A program made the translations under genes and the position numbers. Positions 1 through 16,074 of a DNA stretch of 64,000 bases are shown here, piece by piece. The stretch covers positions 3,472,001 through 3,536,000 of the forward strand of contig OY986946.1 in assembly GCA_963920595.1 (NCBI GenBank), read 5' to 3'. The stretch comes from Eimeria praecox (taxonomy: Eukaryota). Numbering within the stretch: the stretch's first letter is position 1; each line of letters starts with the position of its first letter. The notes under the pieces are model-generated. The model saw nothing but the letters and a program-made list of their open reading frames with translations, was not told where the DNA came from and did no database searches.

Positions 1-31
<31 letters not shown>

Positions 32-151
32 CGGATCCAACCTCCCACGGGGGTTATATCTTTCCGCCTGCGAGGCTGCAAGCAGCAGTAGGGGGTGCTT
101 CTGCGTCAGCGCATGCATATGCCAGCCCCAACATCAACATCAACATCAACA

Positions 152-208
<57 letters not shown>

Positions 209-540
209 GGTACCCGTCTGTATGTGGCGAGTGGTATATGTGCATGCAACTAGAAGAAGATGTGGGGAGAGTGCTGCAGATGAGGGAGCCGTTTGCGTCT
301 CCTTCTTTCGGTGTATTACAGCAAAGCAGCAGCATTCTACCTTCTCCCTTTGATATAAGAAAGAGGAGACAGTGGTTATCTCTACCTTATGGTCTAGACC
401 CTTTTGCTGCTGCTGCTGCTGTTGCTGCAACAGCAGCAGCAGCAGCAGCAGCAAGAGGTTCTGCTGCTGCAGCAGCAGAAAGAGGCACATACAGCCAACA
501 TAAGCCGTGGCTGGAAGGAGTTGGAGCCAACAACACCTAC

Positions 541-575
<35 letters not shown>

Positions 576-1652
576 CAATCGAAGGAAGCGGGGATCTTTG
601 CTGAACTCGTTGCCGGCTGTACAGCCACCTGCTGCACAGAGCGATGCAGCAGCAGGAGCAATCTGTGGGGCCCCGAAAGTATTAATATTAACTACAAAAT
701 ATATTTTACAGCTTAGGAGACAAACAATCAGTCAAATATACTTTGCAGGTTTAGCAAACTTACTTCGAGAAGGAATGCAGGGGGGGCCCCCAGGGGGGCC
801 CCCTGGGGGCCCCACCCCAACCAACCCGTATGTGCGTATTAAGAGCCCTCACAGCTATGACGACTCCTTCCACCATCACCAGCACCATCACCAGCAGCAG
901 CAGCACCAGCTGCAGCAGCAGCAGCTGCAGCAGCAGCAGCTGCAGCATCAGCTACAGCAGCAGCAGCAGCAGCAGCAGCAGGAACGTGATATGCTGCTGT
1001 GTGGGGCCCCCCATCGTAATATCCCCTGGCGGCTGGGGCAGCTTCTTGCAGAGCATATGTGTGAAGAGAGTCAATTTGGTGTAGATAGTATGTTTTCTGT
1101 ATTCTGGCAGATCTTAATAAATAATATATCTATTTTATCTTCTTTACAATATATACAAAACAATATAGGTATAGGGGGGCCTCAGGGGCCCCTTGATGGG
1201 TTTGCTGCAGCATCACGCCTCCTCAGCAAACAGATGGGGGCATTAAGAATTAATAGAAACACACAAATCTCCCCTCTTAGCACCTCACACATTTCACAAG
1301 GGGGCCCCCTTGGGGGGGGGGCCCCCGGGGCCTTCGAAACACCGTTTGGTTTAGGGTATATTGAATGCTCAGAACGACAGCAGCAGCAGCAGCAGCAACA
1401 GATTAGTGCTGCTGCTGCTGTGGGGAAGGGCGCAGCTGGATGCAGCAGTAGCGGTTTGGGGTTGACGTCAACAGCAGCAGCAGCAGCAGCAGCTGCTGCT
1501 GCTGCTGCTGCAGGCAGCCAACAAAGTCAAGATAAGCTTGCAGGTGTTGCTACAGCTTGGAGGATGTTAACAGCACTGGAGCTGCGGCGAGACACAGCCG
1601 CATATGTAGGGGCTGATGTTGTAAGCGAACAGCTGCTGCTGCCCTTCGTGTC

Positions 1653-1688
<36 letters not shown>

Positions 1689-1825
1689 GCAGCAGCATCT
1701 CCCACATCATGTCTGGGGCGGCTCCTCTCAGCAGCAGCTGCAGCAGCAGCAGCCCTTCGTTCAACATGCAGGTATGCGCTGAGTATGTTTGTTTTTGTCT
1801 GTATTTATTTTTTGTCTGCCTTTAC

Positions 1826-1892
<67 letters not shown>

Positions 1893-2226
1893 TTACTTGT
1901 TTCTCCTAATACTGTTTGTTGCTGTTCTACTATTGGGTTTGTGGTAGTCAAGGCTGCTCTGCTGCAGACAGCATATGCAGCAGAAGGTTTGTCTGTATGT
2001 CTGCAGCAGGGGGGCTACTGCATCCGCATTCTGCTGCTGCCTCTCATCATATGGGGGGCCCCATGGGGGCCCCCCTCCATATGTTAACGAATACAGCTCG
2101 AGGGCTTATTATCTTTACTTCTAGACTGCTGAGGCCTCTGTTAGGGACCCCTCTAGTAGAAGCAGCTCTGCTTCCTTGTGGTCTCGCTCGATCAGAACGT
2201 GAAGACCTCTATCAGCCGCAGCAGCC

Positions 2227-2259
<33 letters not shown>

Positions 2260-2432
2260 CGGTGTTGGTAGTAGGAAGAGAGGACGAGAGTTTGAGTGGG
2301 AGGAAGAAGATATGGAGGCAGCAACACAGCAAGGAAGGATATGCCCGTGTCTCGTTGGGCGTCTATCAGCAGAAGCAGTTGAACGCATGCTAGCAAAAAT
2401 TGCTTCTCTATATGAAGTGAGAACACCCACTG

Positions 2433-2485
<53 letters not shown>

Positions 2486-2588
2486 ACAGCAGGAGCAGAG
2501 GCCACTGCATGAAGCACTTGGGGTTCCTTACCAACTGTTTTAATGCTTCCCTGAATTTGCTGTTGCTGCTGCTGTTGCTGCTACTATT

Positions 2589-2625
<37 letters not shown>

Positions 2626-2700
2626 CTGCTGCTGTGTTATCAGGTGATTGATGCGGTGTACACGACGCTGTTCTTTGCTTTTGGCCAGCGAGCTTCTCTA

Positions 2701-2732
<32 letters not shown>

Positions 2733-3357
2733 GCAGCTGTCTCGTGGGGCCTCGTGGGGTGTGGGGTCGCGGGGTTTGCCCCCACACTTTGCTGCACTGA
2801 GACCCTCGGGGGGCCCCTATCAGGAAGGGGGGCCCCTGGGGGGCCCTGGGGGCCCCTCTGCTGCTGAGGCGGAGCAGCAAGATATTATATGGAGTTTGAT
2901 TCCCTTAGGCGATGCTGTTGAGCTGAGTGTTCTTGTATGTCTTTTATATTTTCTTTCATCTTTATATTTATCTTGTTTTATTTTTTATTTTGTTTGTTTT
3001 GTTTTCTGTTTTTGTTTTATTTTTTATTTTTGTTTTTGTTTTGTTTTGTTGTTTTTTGTTTTGTTTTCTATTTTATTTTGTTTGGTTTGGTGTTTATACG
3101 TTGAAAATTGATGTTGCCTTTCCCTCCTAGTTGAGGTGTATAGACAGCTTGCATGCACAGACAATTGTTTAAATGTATTCCCTAGATGTGCTTGCTATGC
3201 AGCTATTACTACTACTACTGCTGCTGCTGTTGTTGTTGTTGTTGTTGCTGTTGTTGTTGTTATTGCTGTTCCTACTACTGCTGGTGCTGTCGTTGTTGCT
3301 GCTGCTCCTACTGGTGTCTCTGTTGCTGCTGTTCCTCCTCCTCCTGCTGTTGCTGCA

Positions 3358-3400
<43 letters not shown>

Positions 3401-6400
3401 TTTCTGGATTTCTATGGTGTCTGCGTGTGGTGCATGTGGGTTTGTATGTAGTACGGGGTTAGTCGCGTGTTGGTGACAGCCTCAGAAATGCTCACAGCGT
3501 ATCAGCTATTGATGCAACAAGCAGAATATTCAAGACAAATGCAGGCAAACCGATTTGTCTCGCGCCGTTTGTTTGATAATTTGCTCTCTTTGACTCTAAC
3601 AGATCTGTGAGATACAAACAAATATATAAATAAATAAATAAATAAATAAAGTACACAAAATACAACATATTCCCTGCAGGCATGCATGCAGGCATGCATG
3701 CAGTGGGTATGTTGTATTTTGTGTTGTTTGTTTGTGTTGTTTATTTATTTATTTATTTGTTTGTATCTCACAGATCTGTGCATGCATGCAGGCAGGCAGA
3801 CAGGCAGACAGACAGGCAGTAAACATCTTGCATGCATGCATGCAAGCGCTAAACCCTATACAAGTTGGATGCATGCATTAAATATCTTGCATGCATACAT
3901 AGATTTTGGGGTATATCGATTTCTCTGCAACTTGTGTTTGTTTGTTTGTTTTTTTCTTTCTTTTTTTTTAATTTGCTTGTCTTCTATTTCTTTTGTTTTA
4001 TTATTATTGTTTGTTCTTCAGCTGTCTCTGCGTAGAAGCTCGAGAAAGCTTTCGTCAGGTTATATTTGAAACAGCAGCATTTGGCAACCCTCTCTTGTCT
4101 CGTCTTTGTACTGGGGCTTTGTTTACGTAAGTCATTTAGTTATTTGTATTTATTATCTTTCTTTCATGAAGAAGCTACAATGCTCTATGTATAGAAGGTC
4201 GTTTAACGAAAACCCTAAACCCTAAACCCTAAACCCTAAAAGGCGGATAGATGGGCGACAGATTGTTGAGGAGGAAGATGTTAGATTAGATAATTGTTTA
4301 TTTGTTTTTCTTTAATCTTTAGTGAGAGAGAGAGAGAGAGAAGTATAAAGACCTTCTTCTCTCTTTTCTGTGTGGCTGTATAGACAGTTGAAGTCATATT
4401 GTTATCGAGTTGAACGTTCTTGTATTTGTCTGCATCTTTGATAAAATATAAATGTTTATTGTTTATTGTTTAATTTGTGTTTATTTATTTATACAGAAAA
4501 GATGAATTAGAGGCACAGATGCTGTATCTACAGCTCCAAAGAAAAGTTAATGAAAGCCTGGAAAATCAAACAGCTGCAAGTTTAGGCGAAGTTCAACAAT
4601 TTGTTTTTCAACATCTGATGCCTCGTCTTCTCTTCTTGCCCTTAGAATCTCTTGTATCTCTTTTGAATTCTCTCAGATTCTATGGGTGTGTGTGGCTTCT
4701 TAACTATAACCTCTCTGTTGCATCAACACATAAAAAATACTAGCTGATTGCACTGCAGCTAGCTGCCAGCTAGTTGCAGTGCTAGCTGTGCAGCTAGCCA
4801 CCCCAGCTAGCTGCTAGCTAGCTGCAGTGCTAGCTGCTAGTATTTCTTAGTAGATTCCTTCAGGGTTTAGAGGAATGTATTATTGTTTTTTGGTTTAAAT
4901 AGTGTATTGAAAGGAATCAGCTTTCGTCTGTTTCGGGTGTATCGACGCTGCGCTACAGACTCCTCGTAGATGTTGTTACTGCGAAGGCCGCCAGCCTTAT
5001 ATCCAACTTCAATCGATATGCCCTCAACAGAAGACCCAAGTGGCCTTCTCTGGCGTCTGAGTCTTCTCAGCATCTCGCAGGCTTGCAGAATACGTTGTAC
5101 GTTATCAAATACTGTTAGATTATCTTGTTGTTTATATACTTGTTTATGTCCTACGTAAATTTCATACAAATAACTACTTAACTACTGTTCATACAGTGGA
5201 TTTGCCATTCCTTAAACATGTTTTTCTATGGGCTTATTATTACTGTATTCATGTTTGATCGTGGTGTATGCTGTATGCTTATGTATTGTTATTGAATAAC
5301 AACAGAAAAATGATGCTGGAAAGTGGTGGTGTGTCTGTTGCATGCATGCATGCATGCATGTATGTATGCATGCAGGATAGCGAGCTGCTACCGACATGTT
5401 GGGGATTGTCTCGCGCAATATTGTAGAGATTTTGAAGAGGATGAGACAGTTTGTGCAACACCAACCGAAGAAGAGAAGAAAGAAGGAGAAAATATACATC
5501 ATACAACCCTAGACCTTCATCAAAATAGCAAAGCATGTGCAGCTGCTCTTGTAAACGCTTGCCTCGCGAGCAGCGATGAGAATCTTCATAATTACGTCGT
5601 GGATTGGATAGCTAGTAACGGAGGGAGTGAGGGAGGAAATACGAATTCAAATACAGATTTCTAACACTTTCTTAATTTTCTGAGCGGCTTGTTTCTTTTA
5701 TTATCTTATTATATTGTATTTTCAACAGCTTCTTCTTTAATAAAATATCGTCGAGAGGATGGTGCATGCACCTGTATATATTTATTTATTTATTTACCTC
5801 TTCTCTTTTTGCTGCAGAAAACTTTCCGGTGGCGCTTCTACACATTGATGGGCCGATGGCAGATCGTCTTCTCGCTCAGAGTGATGCAGAGTTTGCAATT
5901 GATTTGGGCGATCGTTACGCTGCCTCTGGGCTTTATGCGCAGGTAGAGAGACGTTGTATAGTCTTTTATTAATTCATATTCTTTTTTATAATCGAAATAC
6001 GTCAAATATTTCATGAATTTGTACACATGAGTCTCCTCTTTAGTTTGAATGATAGAGTCTGACTTGAATGCGGCAAAGGAGCGAGCAGAAACATACTAGG
6101 ATGCTTCTTATTTGAATCCATATGAATTTTGAATTGATTTCTTATTCTTTTTTGTGAATATGTACACTGACTTGCTACTTTTTTCAACAGCTTTCTTCCT
6201 TTTGCGGGGCGTTTTGTGGTTTATGTGTGTACTAGGCAGCGAAATGCCACAGCATGCAAGGACTAAGACAGTGGGCGGGTGACAGAGGTGAAGGTGGTGG
6301 GAAGGATGCTTCTGTAGGAGGATCAAGATCTCATCATGCTGGGGAATCAACTCCATCAGGAGACGACATTACGACGCTCTTGGCGTTTGATGCAGACATT

Positions 6401-6665
6401 GATGGCTTTTGCTGCGACCTCACGGAGCCTGTTTGGCGTTTCCTCTCTTCCTGGTTGAAATCACACTCTCAGGAACCATCCTTAGATCGACGTCTTCTTC
6501 ATTTTGTCAAAGCGAAAGAAAGCGCTCAAAACTATCTACAACAATCCTGCGGACAAGCAGAATCAACGATCCGCAGTTTTGCAAAAGGACAGATTGAACG
6601 CTCCGGTAAGAAAGAAAAGAAGTAGCAGCTTGCCCTACAATGATTTGTTCTACCAACACACCCCG

Positions 6666-6727
<62 letters not shown>

Positions 6728-9315
6728 CGAGAACTAACAGTTGTAGAACAACTGTTTGCTCTAGCCTCACAGTATGGATTGCGGGAAGCCAAGAAGTTCA
6801 TAGAGATGTACTACTGCCTGTCTGCGTGCGAACTTGCAGCAAGAAGGTTCTCCCTCTCCGGCGATCAAAGCGACGTAGCTTTGGATGAATCAACAGTCGG
6901 GCCTCCATCGACGCCTGTCGAGAACTCGATAAGGCAGATTGACCTGAACATACGGATGGTGAGACGCCAAAGAACCCTTTGCATGCGAAATACCTAAGTA
7001 AAGGAGCTGCTCTTGTGAAGGGGGTGCTGACGTGTATGGCTGAAAGCGCTAAATTCTGCTTTCGAGTTCCTAGCAGGGTGTTTGTGTTGAACACACGCTG
7101 GGGGAGGAGGGAGGGGGGGGAAGAAGGGCTTAGAACTTGAAGGAAAGCCCGAAGAAAAGGTGTTTGCAGCATTGCGAGCAGTTGATGGCCGCACATGTGG
7201 TCCAAGATACAAGTATATTGGCTGCATGCATGCTGAACGGAGTTTTTCTTTCTTTGCAACGTACTGCAGCCGTGTCGTATCGCATGCGTGCTTGTCTGCG
7301 AATGCTGCTGCTTCAGGTTGGCCTTCAGAGAGCCCTTGTGCGGGACACAGCGCGCCTGTTTTGTGTGCTGGCAGTGACCCATTTGCAGGCAATTAAGAGA
7401 GAACGAGCACTTCTCTCTAGCATTTCGTCTTCAGCTACTCCGCAGGCCGTTACACCTGAAGACGTTGAGGCATTTTGCGAAGAAGTTTCGGCTGCGGCTG
7501 CAGGACCTGCCGACAGGTCCATGAGGCAAAGTATAAGCCGCTTGGTAAGCAGCATACTGTGAAGCACACCCTTGTTGAAATGAATGCTGTATTCTTGAAT
7601 AGAGTCAGCTGTCCGTCTGCAGCAAGCTGCTTTTGCTGATCTTACTGCTGCTGTAATCTTGCTGCTCTTGCTGCAGTTGGCCTTGTTCCCTGTTCCAGTC
7701 TGCACTGTTTCTATTTTTTGTGGTTGGCAGTTCAGTAAAAACCTATTTAGATACCTCATTGAACCCCACCCCTGTACAAAGGAGCAGTAGGCAGAAGCAG
7801 GCATTTAAAACGTACACAATAACAAAGAACTAACAAGCTTAAGGTGTTTGTTCTCAGGGTGATTGCCGGTCATTGCTTTCGCTCCTGATAGATTTGCAAC
7901 GGGTGGTGTATGCTCCCTTGGAGCTGTTGGATTTGTTGAATTCATGTATCAACGAAAGCGGAATGGCAGAACATGTGGCCCCCTATTTCCCCTCAATCGC
8001 GGCTTTACGCCTGAGTGCACAACGCGTCACCAGTGCGGCTGCTCGTAGTTTGGCAGGATTTGCAGACGATGAAGAAGCTGCACGTGCTGCTCTCGACGAT
8101 GCATGCATGGCTTTCCTCTCTTTTGGGGCTTCCGCCTCCAAGATTTTGCAGCAACCTCGAATCCTCTCCGATGCTGTAAGCATGAAATGACGGATTGAAT
8201 GTTTAGAAGGATGATTGCATATAGTGTAAGGAGGGATCCCCTGAAAACAGACACGAGAAGACTCGTCCATGTGCTTTGCTCTGCTGCGTTTCAGCTGAAG
8301 GACTTAATGGCATTGCCAGACACTGCTGTACGAGAAAGCTGCAGCAGATCATTGAAACGGCTTTCTGTTGTATTGCATGTTTATGCACGAACTCAATGGG
8401 GCAACAAAGAGGTCACTATGGCGAATGCCGAGGGGGAGAACGTGCAAATTCCTGCGTTCCTGTGGCCTGCCTGGCGCCTGGCAGAGTGTGGGCAATCCTT
8501 TGACACGCTGATAAGCCTCTACTTGTCTTTTGAAGATGTAAGTTGGTGCATATCCACGAAAAGTGTATTTAAACGGCTCAACGTCAGCAGGGAGAAGGAG
8601 CAACTGCTGAGGAGGACCCTCCACATCCGATGCATTGTAGACTTCGTTGTGTGGGGGTTATGTTTGCATTAGGATGAACTCGCGAAGCAGCAATGTCGTT
8701 TGGATGCAGAAGAGTTCCAGACGATCTTCTGCTGGATATTCGACCAGTGGCTAACTAGTCAAGATGACGTGGCAGCTGCTTCTACTTATGTCGGGCTTCT
8801 CCACGAATTGACAAAGGCGGGAGATTTGCCCTACTTCGGCTCGCCTGTCAGCGTCCCTCTGTGGTCTCAGGTGGGATAGGGTTTCTGTATTTGTGCATCT
8901 GTCGCCTTGGGGTTGCATGCAGATGGAGGGGAAACAGCGCATAATAGGCAATTAGTTGTCATGTTGTCATGGGGTGTTTAAGCAACAAGCCCATGCCGGC
9001 GGTTTCATGAACTCCAGAGGTTGTTGGGTTGTTTAGTTGCTGCTGTGATGTTTTGTGCTGTTGATGCATTACTTGACGCAGCTCAATGAAGAGGAGTGCG
9101 CGAGAGCAGACGTTGCTGCACAGAAGCTGACAGACATGCTGCTGCAGATTGAACTGGCAATGACGCATGCAAGTCGTTCCGTGGGGAGTTTGAAGGACAA
9201 CCGACACTTCTTAGGGGTTCATTCTCGCCTGGCTATCATAAAGCAACAAGTTTCGGAGTACCGCGCAGCGCTGCATAGGCAGGCAATGCACGAGCGCTTC
9301 GCCACGAGTTTCTGA
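1..9315 (+). CDS. Nup155/Nup170-like inner-ring nucleoporin, multi-exon, 5' end outside the window
   Basis: Frame is open from base 1 to 1771, followed by GT-AG exons at about 2005-2416, 2644-2934, 4022-4105, 4497-4684, 5376-5625, 5819-5942, 6723-6958, 7171-7543, 7858-8537 and 9037-9315 (stop TGA; list incomplete). The segments PKVLILTTKYILQL, TARGLIIFTSRLLRPLL, SLRFYG, SCYRHVGDCL, SSDENLHNYVVDWI and LTVVEQLFALASQYGLREAK resemble remembered Nup155 motifs in the expected order. N-terminal exons carry poly-Q/A/S tracts. Confidence 0.6.
1833..1884. repeat. (TA)n microsatellite, intronic
   Basis: Direct reading. Similar tracts occur at ~6666-6723, 10021-10098, 11068-11170, 52489-52565, 53858-53903, 57316-57373 and 62179-62250. 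Confidence 0.9.
4210..4239 (+). repeat. Interstitial telomere-like (AAACCCT)4
   Basis: Direct reading; lies in an intron of the nucleoporin gene. Confidence 0.9.
5339..5373. repeat. TGCATGCA palindromic repeat cluster
   Basis: tgcatgcatgcatgcatgcatgtatgtatgcatgca. Other clusters occur at ~3679-3701, 3779-3897, 52207-52238 and 61557-61633. This is a known Eimeria repeat. Confidence 0.85.
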
Positions 9316-10183
9316 GACTAAAGGCATCTAGCTGAACCGTAGCGAACCAACGATAACATATTCTCTAGGCAGCAAAGACCAGGAAGAAAGCAAAGGGATA
9401 AGGCCAACGGATCTGCCGGTTTATACACAGTCATGACTGTGGCTTTCCCGTGCACTGTTGGTAATCTGCTTCAGTGCACATCTGCTGAGGTGTTAATGGC
9501 CTTGATGGTGCACTCAACTAACTGGGCTGATGCTGCTCTTGCCACATCGCACATATCAGTCATTACATCTTTTCATTCATGCTTTAGGCGTCTTCTGAGG
9601 GGTGGGAAAACAACATCAGCAACTCCCGAGCAACGAGCAGAGTTTGCTTTTTCTACGCATCAAGGTGTCGTGGGATGTATGTACAATATAAAAATAATCT
9701 TGTTTCAACAATTAGCTACCACTTACTTAGCCAGCAATCCAGAGTGTTCGTGGTCGTGTTGCTAGTAAACTACCTAAGGGCCTGCAGGCGTCCTTGGTTG
9801 CTAGAAAATATGTAGCTGTAATTATTCTTAGGTGCTAGACAATGTGCAGAAATGCTGTGAAAGAACATGAGAAACAAATTTCGTTCAAGTCTGGAGCATT
9901 TTGTTGCAGCAGATAAACTAGCCTAGCGGCCACTGCTTTAACTCCGTCAATCCCCCGACTACGATTACGCATGCAGAGTACTGTTGCATCCTTAACACGA
10001 TGTAGCCATCATCCCCCTCATTTAATATATATTAAATATATTATATTATATATAAATATATTATATATATTTAATATATATATATATATATATATATAAC
10101 GAGCCCCATGACTGAAGCTCGTCAACAAAACAAAACCTAGAAAAATGACTCTGTACTCGAGCCATTTCCTTTAAACAATAGAC

Positions 10184-13635
<3,452 letters not shown>

Positions 13636-15329
13636 TGCAGTAACCAGTTATATCGCCGTCGTCTTCGTATTTGCGTGCAATCCCCAAACAGATCACCCAG
13701 TGGAACGAGCAACTTAAGAAGGATCCCTCTAATGCTACCTCTAGCAGATGTTTTGTCTTGTTGCCCTTTGAAGTTAATGATGAGTTGCCGGAGATGGTAG
13801 AAATACAGGCAATTTCAGATTTAGATAGTTCACACAATGTTTATTTTGGCTTATTTGTTGGAGTTTCCAGACCCTCAAAGATTGACGCAGCTGAACCAGG
13901 CAGTGCCCCAGGCACAGAGGGTTCTGTAAAAGGATGTTATTAACCATATGCCTCACCCCACTTTTGCTATGGGATGTTTAGAGATATTTAGATTTGTTAT
14001 ATGCAGAATTACAAAATGGCAGAAACGTTTAATAAGCTATACCAAAGCCACCGACCCAAAAATACATGAACCACACCGACACCACCACCGCATGCGCTGG
14101 CTTCTGTACTTCGGGACGGCATCAAAAGACGAAATCCCTAGAATTTCCTCTTTGTTTTTCTAACAACTTTGTTTATTTCAAGTTCATCTTGCGATTGTAT
14201 GCTCACCGCATGACGAGTGATAACTTTGAGCACTAGTCGATTCACCGACAGATTGAGGTGGTGAGGTGTAGTGCGCTAGCGACTCTCAGCTGGCACTAGG
14301 AATAGTGTGCCTCTCTGCCAATCAAACCGAGATAAATAATTCTAAAACTCTCGAAGTTAGCATAATTAGTCCCTAAAACGCATTCAAGTCCCCTTATACA
14401 AAGAAAAGGGAGAAGACAAGATCTGTCCCCTGCTGAGATAGCCTAGGCTACGCAGTCAGCCCCAAGATCCTGATAGTCTGCTGGCCAATCGCATGCGGGA
14501 GGCCTTATCTGTTAGCTAAGTGTCCAATTTAGACCTAATATTCCATTATATTGTGTTCTTTTCACTGGATAGGCCGCTAGAGGCTCCATGGGAGATCCGT
14601 TGTAGTGCCCGAACACTATAGACGGACGGTGTAGCACAGGATTTTCGCTGTCCTTCCGGTCTTAAATACTCGCGCTGATTGACAAAAAGTTTCTCAACGT
14701 AACTCTGACAAACTATCCATCTATAAATGAGGCTTGCTGCTGGTTAATGGTGTTGCCAGCGTTTCCAGCTTTCCACTGCTTCGGTGCAGGGGCAATCGTT
14801 AGAGCCATGTGTTGTACAGCATTAATAAATGGGAGCAGTTAATTGTTGAACCATACAGATTCAGGTTTCAGCATCTAAACATAAACCTACTGCTATCATT
14901 ACTAGCGGCATTAATGTGCTGCAATAGCAATCACTGTCTCGTTCAATCAACTGCATTCATAGCGCCGCTAGGAGTAAATGTACATTAAATAAGTGGAATT
15001 GAATCAAGGCTGAAGAATGCTACGTCTCTTCTTGGTACTAACGTGGATTCAGCTTAGAAACAGATTTGTTGTACAGAAACAGAATGTGTTTGGAATGTTG
15101 CAGAAAGCCCCTTAGCTGGGGCATAGTAACGATTTCTGCCATTTTCTGTTGCGTGATGATGTTTGGTTTTTGTATGTTCTGATGAAACGCCAACCCAGGA
15201 TTGGATTCTTGTGCACTTATTGCTTGAGGAAAGGAAGATTTGATCACTCTGCTTGTCCGCAGAAAGTGATGAATTAAAGCAGCTAGTCATAGACAGTGGA
15301 CCACCGCTGGCCCTCACAGCATCTCCTAT

Positions 15330-16074
15330 TCAAAATTTGCTGATGCAGAACTTCTCAACACTCAGGACTCCATCGAATGTTCTTTCGTCCTGCAAATTGC
15401 TCAAATAGCGATAAACAGAGAAAGCATCAGCCAATTCATCTCTAACCTGGAACATAATGATGTTGTAGGAGCCTGTCAAATATGCAAGTGATGATGAATG
15501 TTTCAATAATTAATAATCATGAACACACGGACCTGGCTCAGGAATAGGCCCAACCTCAATCCGGCCAGAGCTTCCAGGTGTAAGTGTATGCTTGTAGAGT
15601 GGTTCTGCTGGAGATACTTGGTTGAAATAGAGCTGCCTCGCCTCTGCTGATGGGACAACCTCTATCCAGAGCTTGGCCTCTGTATGAATGCCCTTGAAAC
15701 CCTTCCGTCTTGTAATAATGAAGTGCACTACCTACCGGGATTAGATGGGACGTTTTCGTAGAAAAATGTTGGCCTTTGCGTTGGCAGGAAATGTCTGCAG
15801 GGAAGGACCCTGAAGCCCATGCAAAGAAATGAGGAATTCTCTGCTACTCACCGGTTGCAAGGATGAAGACAGATGTTTTCGCCTTTACAAGACTGCAATA
15901 ACTTGCAATTAGCGTGAGTCTTCACCCAAAGACCATTAAATAGCATACCGAATTTGTATGGTTGGGACATGTTATACGATTCAGTTCAGCGTGCATTCGC
16001 GGTTCCCCACTACACAGCGCAAGCTGGATGCCCACTGTCATCGCAAAGAAGTAGAACGAAAGCGAAAACCGCAT
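15330..16074 (-). CDS. Small Cys-containing predicted secreted protein (~152 aa), 6 exons, function unknown
   Basis: ATG at 16074, signal-peptide-like MRFSLSFYFFAMTVGIQLALCSG, five GT-AG introns of 56, 57, 56, 60 and 57 nt with mutually consistent phases, stop TGA at 15330-15332. Confidence 0.7.

Noticed and set aside
13671..13943. 90-aa plus-strand ORF divergent from RFC
   Set aside because: It has a GTG start, lies immediately upstream of the RFC ATG in its likely UTR/promoter, and shows no supporting splice structure or motif.
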